A stretch of 64,000 bases of DNA from Vicinamibacteria bacterium (lineage in GTDB: Bacteria; Acidobacteriota; Vicinamibacteria; Marinacidobacterales; Marinacidobacteraceae): contig OY729431.1 in assembly GCA_963422395.1 (NCBI GenBank), positions 704,001 through 768,000 of the forward strand, written 5' to 3'. Of the stretch, positions 39,697 through 48,378 are shown one piece after another (within the stretch, counting starts at the first letter, position 1; the number at the start of each line of letters is the position of its first letter). The notes beneath the pieces were generated by a model. That model had not been told where the DNA came from and searched no databases. It worked only from the letters and a program-made list of their open reading frames with translations. A program made the translations under genes and the position numbers.

Positions 39697-41129
39697 GAGC
39701 TCCTCGTCAGTCTAGGACGCTGCCTTCCGGCGCCGCCGAGGAGGTATCCCAGCGCGCTGGCCGCGGTGAGGCCGAAAGCGTTCGGAATCAGCACTCCCCG
39801 CGGCAACAGCGCCGGGGCGAGAAACCAGTTCCAGTCGAGCGCGGTGTGGAGGAGCCAGAGCCCGGCGCCGGCAGCCATCGCCGCGAGCGCGGCCCGCGGC
39901 CCGCCCCGCTTTCCGAAGAGCCCTGCGGTCAACGGAACGAAGAGTCCCACCAGGGTGAGTTCGTAGGCGTCCTCGAGCAGCGAGTAGGCGTCGAGACCGC
40001 CGAAGGCGTAGAGGAGGCTGGCGGCGCCGACCAGGACGACCGAGATTCTGCTCAGGCGGAGTGTTCCCGCACGGGGCAGCGGGTGACGCAGGAGATTCTG
40101 CGCCAGCACCGACGCCGCCGAGATCAAGGCGCTGTCCACGGTGGAAAGCAGTGCGGAAACGACCACCAGCAGGAGCGCGAGCACGGCCAGCGGGCTGAAG
40201 AGGATCCGACTCAGCGCGGTCAGGAGGTCGCTGCCCGCAGCGGGGAGCAGCAGCCGCGCCGCGAGTCCGAGGACGACCGGGATCGCTCCCAGAGCGAGGT
40301 AGAGCCCGCCGGCGATCAGACAGGCGCGCCGCGCCACCCGTTCGGAGCGGGCGGCGAAGACCCGCTGCATCACATCCTGTCCGGGGATGTTGCCGAGCGC
40401 TCCGGCGAGCAGCAGCCCCGACCAGGCCATGAGAGCCATGGATCCGGAGGGCGCTGCCCGGAGCAGCGGGGGCGGAGTTTCCTGCCCGAGCCGGGCGATG
40501 CCGACGGCCAACGAGCCGCCGCCGAGTTCGGCGAACGCCGACACCGCGAGCGCCGCCAGCCCGACCGCCACGATGACTGCCTGCGCCGCGTCGGTGAGGG
40601 TCACCGACCACATCCCGCCGATCAGGGTGTATCCCACCGAGACCGCAGCGACTGCCAGCAGCGCAGCGCCCAGCGGTATCCCGAAGAGCTCCCCCAGGAG
40701 CGCTCCGAGGACCGCGAACTGCGCCGCGATCCAGCCGAAGAAACTCGGAACCATGATCGCTGCCGAGACGATTTCGGCGCGGCGGCCGAAGCGGACGGCG
40801 AAGAAGTCGCCGAGGGTGAGGAGTCCGAGGCGCCGCAGCGGTCCGGCGTAGAACAACCCCACCAGCAGGAGGCAGATCCCCGGTCCGACGGGTTCGAGGG
40901 CGGCCGCCGGAAGCCCGGTTTCCCGGACCTCTTCCGCCGCTGCGAGCAGGGGGCCGGCGCCGAACCAGGTCGCCAGCAGGCTCAGCGCGGCGAGCCGGGT
41001 TCCCAGCTGCCGCCCGGCGACCAGATAGTCGGAGAGGGTGTGGATGCGCCGCCCGGCGAACCAGGCGACCCCGAAGAGAGCCGCGGTGTAGCACGCCAGC
41101 GCGGCGCCGAGAAGCGCAGTCGGCGCCAC
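39693..41129 (-). CDS. Sodium:solute symporter (choline-transporter-like subfamily)
   Basis: DYLVAGR, LATWFGAG, GGMWSVTLTD, GNIPGQDVMQRVFAA. Confidence 0.8.
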   Translation of the reverse strand: MAPTALLGAALACYTAALFGVAWFAGRRIHTLSDYLVAGRQLGTRLAALSLLATWFGAGPLLAAAEEVRETGLPAAALEPVGPGICLLLVGLFYAGPLRRLGLLTLGDFFAVRFGRRAEIVSAAIMVPSFFGWIAAQFAVLGALLGELFGIPLGAALLAVAAVSVGYTLIGGMWSVTLTDAAQAVIVAVGLAALAVSAFAELGGGSLAVGIARLGQETPPPLLRAAPSGSMALMAWSGLLLAGALGNIPGQDVMQRVFAARSERVARRACLIAGGLYLALGAIPVVLGLAARLLLPAAGSDLLTALSRILFSPLAVLALLLVVVSALLSTVDSALISAASVLAQNLLRHPLPRAGTLRLSRISVVLVGAASLLYAFGGLDAYSLLEDAYELTLVGLFVPLTAGLFGKRGGPRAALAAMAAGAGLWLLHTALDWNWFLAPALLPRGVLIPNAFGLTAASALGYLLGGAGRQRPRLTRSS

Positions 41130-41136
41130 CGCAGGG

Positions 41137-42567
41137 TCAATCCGGTCGGTGCAGGCGGAGAACGGCCTGCGTCCGTTCCGCTGGATCGGAACGGCCGAAG
41201 GTCCCGCCGAACACCATGGCGGCCAGGCTCAGCGGCAGCGCTACCAGGATGGGTCCGAGCCCGATCCCGAGCGCCGGACCGGCGAACAGGACGAGGGTGT
41301 AGGCGAGGATCCCGACGACTAGCGCCGAGACTCCTCCGGCGAGGTTGGCGCGCCGCCACCAGATCCCGAAGACGACCGGCACGAAGAGGCCCGCCGAGAG
41401 CAGGCCGACGCCGGCGGTGTAGAAGCGGGTGAGCAGTTCGGGAGGCGAAAAGGCCCAGTAGAGCGCCGCCGCCCCGACGAGCCAGGTCGCCCCGAGACGC
41501 GCTGCCGCCTGCGTCCGCTTGCCTCTTCGGGACAGCGATCCGCCGAACAGGTCGTGGCAGATCGCCGAACTCACCGCGAGCAGGAAGGCGTCGGTGGTGG
41601 ACATGACCGCCGCCAGCACCGCAGCGACCGCGATGCCCCGCAGGATGGGCCCGAAGCGGTCGGCGACGATGCGCAGGAACACCTCGTCGGGATCGGTCAG
41701 ACCGGGGAACTCCACGATTCCCACCGGGGCGACCACGAGGATCGCGGCGAGGATCATCACCCCGTACCCGACGGTGGCGAGGTTGAGCGAAATCCGCGCG
41801 CTCCGGGGGGTCCTCGCGGTGGCCACCCGCATCACGATGTGCGGGATGACCGGGATGGCGGTGGCCCAGATGATGAAGTAGCTCGGATAGCCGCCGCCGC
41901 CCGCGGGCAGCCGTCCGAAAGCCGGAGAAGCGGCGGTGGCTTCCGCGAGCGGGGAGAACGGCGAACCCGCGGCGGCGATCACCGCCGTCGTGACCGCTCC
42001 CATGAGCAGGAACAACAGCGCCCCCTGCATCACATCGGTGACCGTGACCGCCACCATCCCGCCGAAGGACACATACAGGACGAACACCAGTGTGGCGACC
42101 GTGATCGCGGTCCGGTAATCCACTCCCAGGAGCGCTTCGGCGGTGATCCCCGCTGCTTTCATCTGGGCCACCATGTACACCGTCAGCGACACCACGATGA
42201 TCGTGGGGACCAGGACCCGCACCACCCGGTGGGGGTAGCGGAAGACCAGGAAGTCGGTGATCGTGAACCGGGCCAGCCGCCGGAGCGGAGCGGCGACCAG
42301 GATGGCGGCGAGCGGAAACCCCACGACCGCCCCGGCGAAGAGCGCGAGCGTCGCCGGAATGCCGCCCGAGTAGGCGAGCCCGAGCACCCCCACCAGCGAT
42401 CCGCCGCTCGCGAGGCTGGCCAGGATCGCGAGCGCGTTCACCCCGGCGCCCACCCGCCGCCCGGCCACCCAGTACTCGTCGGCCGAGCCGAGCACCCGGC
42501 GGGTCGCCAGTGCCCCGACGACCACGCAGACCAGCAGGTAGGCGAGGACGAGCCAGCGTTCGATCAT
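41137..42567 (-). CDS. Sodium:solute symporter family protein
   Basis: EYWVAGR, GGMVAVTVTDVMQG, PHIVMR, AAVMSTTD. ATG at 42567. Confidence 0.85.
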   Translation of the reverse strand: MIERWLVLAYLLVCVVVGALATRRVLGSADEYWVAGRRVGAGVNALAILASLASGGSLVGVLGLAYSGGIPATLALFAGAVVGFPLAAILVAAPLRRLARFTITDFLVFRYPHRVVRVLVPTIIVVSLTVYMVAQMKAAGITAEALLGVDYRTAITVATLVFVLYVSFGGMVAVTVTDVMQGALLFLLMGAVTTAVIAAAGSPFSPLAEATAASPAFGRLPAGGGGYPSYFIIWATAIPVIPHIVMRVATARTPRSARISLNLATVGYGVMILAAILVVAPVGIVEFPGLTDPDEVFLRIVADRFGPILRGIAVAAVLAAVMSTTDAFLLAVSSAICHDLFGGSLSRRGKRTQAAARLGATWLVGAAALYWAFSPPELLTRFYTAGVGLLSAGLFVPVVFGIWWRRANLAGGVSALVVGILAYTLVLFAGPALGIGLGPILVALPLSLAAMVFGGTFGRSDPAERTQAVLRLHRPD

Positions 42568-42797
42568 GGATTTTTTCCGGACCCGGCCCGATCGGCGGGC
42601 TCGTCCCGTTCCGCCGGCGGAGCGGCTTCCGACAGGAGAAGCAGCAGCAGGATCGCCGGCGACCCCAGCAACAGGGCCGCCATGAGCCAGCCGAATGCCG
42701 CCACCCCGAGCACCTGGATATCCCGGAACCACGGCAGGAAGGCCAGCGCCGAGAACCCGATCAGCCCGACGAGTGCGGCGCGCTCCCTCCGGGGCAT
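42564..42797 (-). CDS. Small two-helix membrane protein (SSS transporter partner)
   Basis: 77 aa, two hydrophobic helices; stop overlaps the SSS start (ATGA-type coupling), a common arrangement for SSS accessory subunits. Confidence 0.6.
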   Translation of the reverse strand: MPRRERAALVGLIGFSALAFLPWFRDIQVLGVAAFGWLMAALLLGSPAILLLLLLSEAAPPAERDEPADRAGSGKNP

Positions 42798-43001
42798 CGG
42801 AAAGAAGCGGCGACTCGTGGTTCGGGGGTCTGGCAGCGGCACGATTCGGGAGGGATACCGAGTGTATTCCGATCGAACCGCAAAGCCGGCCGCTCGCTGC
42901 GCGGCCAGCATGGCCCCGCGAACTCGCAGCGGGGCGACTTCGTCCACCCGCTGTCGAAGCTCCCCTATCATGGCCGCCGCTCCGATCGGAACCGGCCCAC
43001 C

Positions 43002-43793
43002 GTGCGCGTCATCACCTGGAACCTCAATTCGATCCGCACCCGCCGGAACCGGCTGTTCCGCCTGCTCGAGCGCCACCGGCCCGATGTCCTGTGCCTTCAG
43101 GAACTTCGCGCCGAGGCCGGAGTTTTTCCCACCGCCGAGGTGCGGGCCGCCGGATACCACGCACTCGTCCACGCGCAAGCAGCGCGGAACGGGGTGGCGA
43201 TCCTTTCCCGGGAGCCCGCCCGAGAACGGCGCCGCGGCTTGCCGCCTTGCGCGGCGCGCGGCGAAGCGCGGCTGCTCGACGCCTCGGTGGGGGGAGTGCG
43301 GGTGGTCTCTGCGTATGTCCCCAACGGCAAGGCGGTCACCCATCCCGACTGGGAGTACAAGCTGGGCTGGTTCACCGGGCTGCGGGAGCACCTCGATCGG
43401 GAAGGGGACGCCGGGGAGGCCCTGATCCTCTGCGGCGACTTCAATGTGGCGCCCAGCGATCGGGACGCGAGCTCGCCGAGCCGGGAGAGCGTGCTCTGCC
43501 ATCCTGCGGCCCGGGCCGCGCTCGCCCGCATCCGGACCTGGGGGCTCCTCGACGCCTACCGGCTGGTCTTCGCCGAGGGCGAAGAACCGAAGAAGGGGAT
43601 CTACACCTGGTGGGACTACACCCGGATGGCCTTCGCTCGGAACGAGGGGGCGCGGATAGACCACATCTATCTCACCCGGCCGCTCGCCGGGAAGGTCGAA
43701 GCCGTCTTCGTGGACCGCGACGAGCGCCGCCAGAAGAAGGGGCAGGACATCCCCTCGGACCACGCCCCGGTGGTCTGCGATCTCGCCCTCTGA
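43002..43793 (+). CDS. xth: Exodeoxyribonuclease III
   Basis: ITWNLNSIR, LCLQE, YVPNG, GDFNVAP, YTWWDY, RIDHI, SDHAPV. Confidence 0.9.
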   Translation: MRVITWNLNSIRTRRNRLFRLLERHRPDVLCLQELRAEAGVFPTAEVRAAGYHALVHAQAARNGVAILSREPARERRRGLPPCAARGEARLLDASVGGVRVVSAYVPNGKAVTHPDWEYKLGWFTGLREHLDREGDAGEALILCGDFNVAPSDRDASSPSRESVLCHPAARAALARIRTWGLLDAYRLVFAEGEEPKKGIYTWWDYTRMAFARNEGARIDHIYLTRPLAGKVEAVFVDRDERRQKKGQDIPSDHAPVVCDLAL

Positions 43794-43934
43794 CCCGTCA
43801 GCGCCGCCCGCTCCGGGAGCGCAGCGCGCGGCGAATGGCTCTTGCGTCGGAAGGGTCTCTTGTCCTACCCTTGTCTGCTACTCGCTGCGTCTTCGGAACC
43901 GGTTTTCCCTAGCCGCTCTCCAGCGTTCAGAACC

Positions 43935-46481
43935 ATGCGCTTTTTCTTGGGCTTCGCTGCTCTAGTGCTCGCTGCAGGCAACCACGCCCAGATCTCTCAC
44001 GCCCGGGCCTTCGAGGCCCGGATCTCCGAAGCCCGGAACCCCGAGGCCCGCTTTTCGCCAGAGAGCCCCGGGCTGTCGGCGGTGCGTGGGTGGTCGTCGG
44101 GGTCGGGGTCGGGGGTGGGGGTTTCAGGAGTTGGGGCTGGGTCGTCGGCGGAGCACAACCGGATGGTTCGGACGTATTGCGTGGTGTGTCACAACGACCG
44201 GATGCGGACGGGGAACATGTCGTTGTCGGGTTTCGATGCGGGGGATGCGTCGTCGAGTCCGGAGTTGTCGGAGAAGGTGGTATCGAAGCTGCGTTTGGGG
44301 ATGATGCCGCCGCCAGGGGCGCGTCGTCCGGCGGAGGAGGTATTGGAGGAGGTTGCGGGGTCTTTGGAGGGTCAGTTGGATCGGAATGCGGAGGAGCATC
44401 CGAATCCGGGGAGGCGTTCGTTTCAGCGTTTGAATCGTGCGGAGTACACGGCGGCGGTTCGGGATTTGCTGGCGTTGCCGGTGGATGCTGCGGAGTATTT
44501 GCCTCAGGACACGATCAGCGCGAACTTCGACAACATCGCGGATGTTCAGTTGTTGTCGGCGACATTGATGGATTCGTATTTGCGTGCGGCGGGCGAGATC
44601 AGTCGGCTGGCGGTGGGCGATCCGAACGCTGTGCCCGCCGAGACGAGCTACTTCGTTTCCCGCTGGTCTTCGCAGCGCCTACAGGTCGAGGGCGCTCCGT
44701 ACGGAACCCGCGGCGGGATCGCGGTGGAGCACACTTTTCCGGCCGACGGACACTATGTGTTCCGGGTTTCGCTGCATCATGAGGTCTGCGGCCCGATCGT
44801 CGGCACCGCTGCCGGAGCGCTGAACTCGGAGCAGGATCCCGAGCAACTCGAAGTCTCGATCGACGGCGAGCGCGTGGCGCTGCTCGCGATCGATCCCTGG
44901 ATGCACACTTCGGACCCGAACGGGGCGACGATGCGGACCGAGCCCATCTTCATCGAAGCCGGGCCGCGCCGGGTGGCCGCTGCCTTCCTGCGCCAGTTCG
45001 ATGGCCCCGTTCAGGACTTGATCTCTCCGCACGACTGGTCGCTGGCGAGCACGAACATCGCGCTCACCTACGGCATCCACAGCCTGCCGCATCTGCGGGA
45101 TGTACTGATTCGCGGTCCGTTCGAGGCGACGGGGGTATCGGAGACGCCGAGTCGGAGTCGGATATTCGGTTGTCGTCCACTGTCGTCGGAGGAGGCGGTT
45201 GGGTGCGCGGAGGAGATCTTGGGACGTTTGGGGCGTTTGGCGTATCGCCGGAGTTTGACGGGGGAGGAGTTGGGAGCGTTGATGGAGCTGTATGCGTCGG
45301 GTTCGGAGAGTGTGGGTTTCGAGGAGGGGATTCGGATGGGGATCGAGGGGATGCTGGCGAGTCCGAACTTCGTATTTCGGATCGAGGAGCCGGTGGATCC
45401 CCGTGAGGCGGCGTTCGGGTATCGGCTGAGCGACACGGACCTGGCGTCTCGTTTGTCGTTTTATCTTTGGGGGACGATACCGGACGAGGAGTTGCTGGAT
45501 TCGGCGGAGTCGGGGCGTTTGTCGGATGCGGAGGAGTATGAGGGTCAGGTGCGTCGGATGCTGTCGGATCCGCGTTCGCTGGCGTTGTCGAAGCGTTTTG
45601 CGAGCCAGTGGTTTCGGTTACAGGATTTGGAGAAGATCAACCCGAACGTGCGTTTGTTTCCGGATTTCCATCAGCAGCTGAAGGAGGCGATGGTGGAGGA
45701 GACGGAGCGTTTTTTCCATCATTTGGTATTGGAGGACCGGAGCGTATTGGAGTTGTTCACGGCGGACTACACATTCGTGAATGAGCGATTGGCGAAGCAC
45801 TACGGGATGACGGGGGTAGCGGGGCCGGAGCACCGTTTGGTGCGGTATGGGGATGCGGGCCGGCGTGGGATATTCGGTCACGGGAGCATTTTGACATTGA
45901 CTTCGCATCCGTATCGGACATCGGCGGTGCTGCGGGGCAAGTGGGTGATGGAGGTATTGCTGGGGAGCCCGCCGCCGCCGCCGCCGCCGAATGTTCCGGA
46001 CCTGGACGCGACGGCGGCGACGGCGGATGGGCGTGAGCTGACGGCGCGGGAGCGTTTGGAGATCCATCGGGACAACCCGGCGTGCCGTTCGTGCCACCGG
46101 ATGATGGACCCGATCGGGTTGGCGCTGGAGCACTACGATGTGACGGGTCGGGAGCGGGTGAAGGACTCGGGGCAGCCGATCGATGCGTCGGGAGAGTTCT
46201 ACGACGGGACGGCGATTCGGGATGTGGGTGATCTGCGGGCGGCGCTGCTGCTGCGGCCGACGCCGCTGCTGCGGACGTTCACGGAGAACCTGATGGCGTA
46301 TGCGTTGGGGAGGCGGGTGGAGTATTACGATCAGCCGCGGGTGCGAGAGATCGTGCGCGAGGCGGCGGAGTCGGACTATCGGATGTCGGCGTTCTTGTTG
46401 GGCGTGGCGCGGAGTCCGGCGTTCCAGAGGAAGGGAGTTTCGGAGCCGTCGCCGGTGGCGACGGAGCTGGGCGAGCCCTGA
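43935..46481 (+). CDS. DUF1592-family multidomain cytochrome c protein (PSCyt/PSD domains), copy 1
   Basis: Signal peptide; CVVCH and CRSCH heme motifs; RLNRAEY, LASRLSFYLW, SPNFVFR, RGKWV, PPPPPP, DPIGLALE. Confidence 0.82.
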   Translation: MRFFLGFAALVLAAGNHAQISHARAFEARISEARNPEARFSPESPGLSAVRGWSSGSGSGVGVSGVGAGSSAEHNRMVRTYCVVCHNDRMRTGNMSLSGFDAGDASSSPELSEKVVSKLRLGMMPPPGARRPAEEVLEEVAGSLEGQLDRNAEEHPNPGRRSFQRLNRAEYTAAVRDLLALPVDAAEYLPQDTISANFDNIADVQLLSATLMDSYLRAAGEISRLAVGDPNAVPAETSYFVSRWSSQRLQVEGAPYGTRGGIAVEHTFPADGHYVFRVSLHHEVCGPIVGTAAGALNSEQDPEQLEVSIDGERVALLAIDPWMHTSDPNGATMRTEPIFIEAGPRRVAAAFLRQFDGPVQDLISPHDWSLASTNIALTYGIHSLPHLRDVLIRGPFEATGVSETPSRSRIFGCRPLSSEEAVGCAEEILGRLGRLAYRRSLTGEELGALMELYASGSESVGFEEGIRMGIEGMLASPNFVFRIEEPVDPREAAFGYRLSDTDLASRLSFYLWGTIPDEELLDSAESGRLSDAEEYEGQVRRMLSDPRSLALSKRFASQWFRLQDLEKINPNVRLFPDFHQQLKEAMVEETERFFHHLVLEDRSVLELFTADYTFVNERLAKHYGMTGVAGPEHRLVRYGDAGRRGIFGHGSILTLTSHPYRTSAVLRGKWVMEVLLGSPPPPPPPNVPDLDATAATADGRELTARERLEIHRDNPACRSCHRMMDPIGLALEHYDVTGRERVKDSGQPIDASGEFYDGTAIRDVGDLRAALLLRPTPLLRTFTENLMAYALGRRVEYYDQPRVREIVREAAESDYRMSAFLLGVARSPAFQRKGVSEPSPVATELGEP
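44072..44631 (+). repeat. G/T-skewed repeat block A, copy 1 (pairs with 50170-50729)
   Basis: Offset 6098; about 3 substitutions seen by eye. Line 44341-44400 has G27 C7 T15 A11 (manual count). Confidence 0.9.
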
Positions 46482-47882
46482 GCTAGGAGAGAGCGATGCA
46501 CTATCTGACAGGGAAGAGAGTTCCGCGGCGGAGTTTTCTGCGGGGAGCGGGTGCGGCGGTGGCGCTGCCGTTTCTGGATGCGATGGTTCCGGCGAGCGTG
46601 ATTGCGAAGCCGGGGGCGTCGGAGCGAACGCGGCTGGTGGCGATCGAGATCGTGCACGGCGCGGCGGGGAGCAACGAGTATGGGCGGGAGCAGAACCTGT
46701 GGTCGCCGGCTGCGGAGGGTGCGGAGTTCGATCTGTCCGAGGGTGCGTTGAGCCCGCTTGCGCCGTATCGGGACCATGTGACGATCGTGAGCGATTGTGA
46801 TGTGGAGCCGGCAGAGGCGGAGACGGCGCGTGAGATCGGAGGGGACCACTTCCGTTCGAGCGCGGCGTTCCTGACGCAGTCGCATCCGAAGCAGACGGAG
46901 GGTTCGGATGTGCACGCGGGGACTTCGCTGGACCAGCTGTATGCGGCGCGCTTCGGCCAGGAGACGCCGATTCCTTCGATGCAGCTGTGCATCGAGACGG
47001 TGGACCAAGCGGGAGGGTGCGCGTACGGGTATGCGTGCGTGTACACGGACACGATCAGCTGGGCGTCGCCGACGCAGCCGCTGCCGATGACGCGGGACCC
47101 GCGGATCGTGTTCGATCAGCTGTTCGGCGCGGGGGGGACGCCGGAGGGCCGAGTGGCGCGTCAGCAGGCGCGCAAGAGCGTGCTGGACTTCATCGGAGAG
47201 GAAGTCCGGCGGCTCCAGGGGGCGCTGGACCCGGAGGATGTGCGGCGGATGGACCGGTATCTGACGGACATCCGTGAGATGGAGCGTCGGATCGAGCGGA
47301 TCGTGGAGCGGAACACGAGCGGAGAGCTGCGTGACCTGCCGGAGGCGCCGTCGGGAGTCCCGGACTCGTTCGACGAGCATGTGAAGATCATGTTCGACCT
47401 GCAGGCGCTGGCGTTCCAGTCGGACATGACGCGGGTGTTCAGCTTCAAGCTGGGACGGGATGCGTCGAGCCGGGTGTATCCGGAGAGCGGAGAAGCGACG
47501 GCGTTCCACCCGGCATCGCACCACGGGAACGACCCGGAGCGGGTGGAGGTTCTGGGACGGATCAATCGGTACCATGTGGGCTTGGTCCCGTATTTCATGG
47601 AGCGGCTCGCGGGGATCGAGGAGGGAGACCGCTCGCTGCTGGACAAGACGATGATCCTGTATGGGTCCCCGATGGGAGACCCGAACATCCACAACCACAA
47701 GCGGGTTCCGTTCTTCGTCGCAGGCGGTGCGAACGGGGCGCTGGAGCATGGCCTGCATTTGCGGGCGGCGGCGGGTACGCCGCTGGCGAACGTGATGCTG
47801 ACGCTGTTGCACGAGCTGGGTCTGGACGACCTCCCGCGCTTCGGAAACAGCACCGGAGAGTTCTCCCTTTCGGCGTGAGCCG
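45113..47882 (+). repeat. G/T-skewed repeat block B, copy 1 (2770 bp; pairs with 51211-53980)
   Basis: Offset 6098; identical translations in several frames on both strands of the ORF track. Line 45241-45300 has G28 C9 T14 A9. Confidence 0.92.
46496..47878 (+). CDS. DUF1552 (HXXSHH) family protein with Tat-like signal, copy 1
   Basis: RRSFLRGAG..VALPFLDAM; HPASHH motif; canonical neighbour of DUF1592 genes. Confidence 0.85.
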   Translation: MHYLTGKRVPRRSFLRGAGAAVALPFLDAMVPASVIAKPGASERTRLVAIEIVHGAAGSNEYGREQNLWSPAAEGAEFDLSEGALSPLAPYRDHVTIVSDCDVEPAEAETAREIGGDHFRSSAAFLTQSHPKQTEGSDVHAGTSLDQLYAARFGQETPIPSMQLCIETVDQAGGCAYGYACVYTDTISWASPTQPLPMTRDPRIVFDQLFGAGGTPEGRVARQQARKSVLDFIGEEVRRLQGALDPEDVRRMDRYLTDIREMERRIERIVERNTSGELRDLPEAPSGVPDSFDEHVKIMFDLQALAFQSDMTRVFSFKLGRDASSRVYPESGEATAFHPASHHGNDPERVEVLGRINRYHVGLVPYFMERLAGIEEGDRSLLDKTMILYGSPMGDPNIHNHKRVPFFVAGGANGALEHGLHLRAAAGTPLANVMLTLLHELGLDDLPRFGNSTGEFSLSA

Positions 47883-48378
47883 GGGGCGCGCCGGGGAGGA
47901 GATCTGGAAAATGGAGATGGAGAGGAACGGAGAGAAGCGGAAGGCGGGGCTGTTGCTGTGCCTCGCGGCGGGGCTCGCGGCGGCGTGCCTATCGCTGGCG
48001 GGGGCCTCGTTCGCGGCGCGGGTGCCGCCGGTTCTGGAGGCGGCGAAGCGTGGAGATGTCGAGGCGCTGCGGTCGGAGCTGCGGTCGGGGGGAGATGTGA
48101 ACACGGCGCAGGGGGACGGTTTCACCGCGCTGCACTGGGCGGCGAAGACGGGGAGCCGCGAGGTGGCGGAGGTGTTGATCGCGGCGGGAGCGGACCTGCG
48201 GGCGACGACGCGGCTGGGAAGCCACATGCCGTTGCATGTGGCGGCGGCAGCGGGGCAGCCGGGGGTTGCGGAAGCGCTGCTCGAGGCCGGCGCTCCGGTC
48301 GCTGCAACCACCGGAACCGGCGCTCGGCCCATCCACTTCGCCGCCGCCTCCGGGAACCCCTCCCTGATCGAAGTGCTC
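47870..48378 (+). repeat. Repeat block C: ankyrin gene 5' part, copy 1 (pairs with 56975-57483)
   Basis: Offset 9105; near-identical from about 47995; G-skewed until about 48280. Confidence 0.85.
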
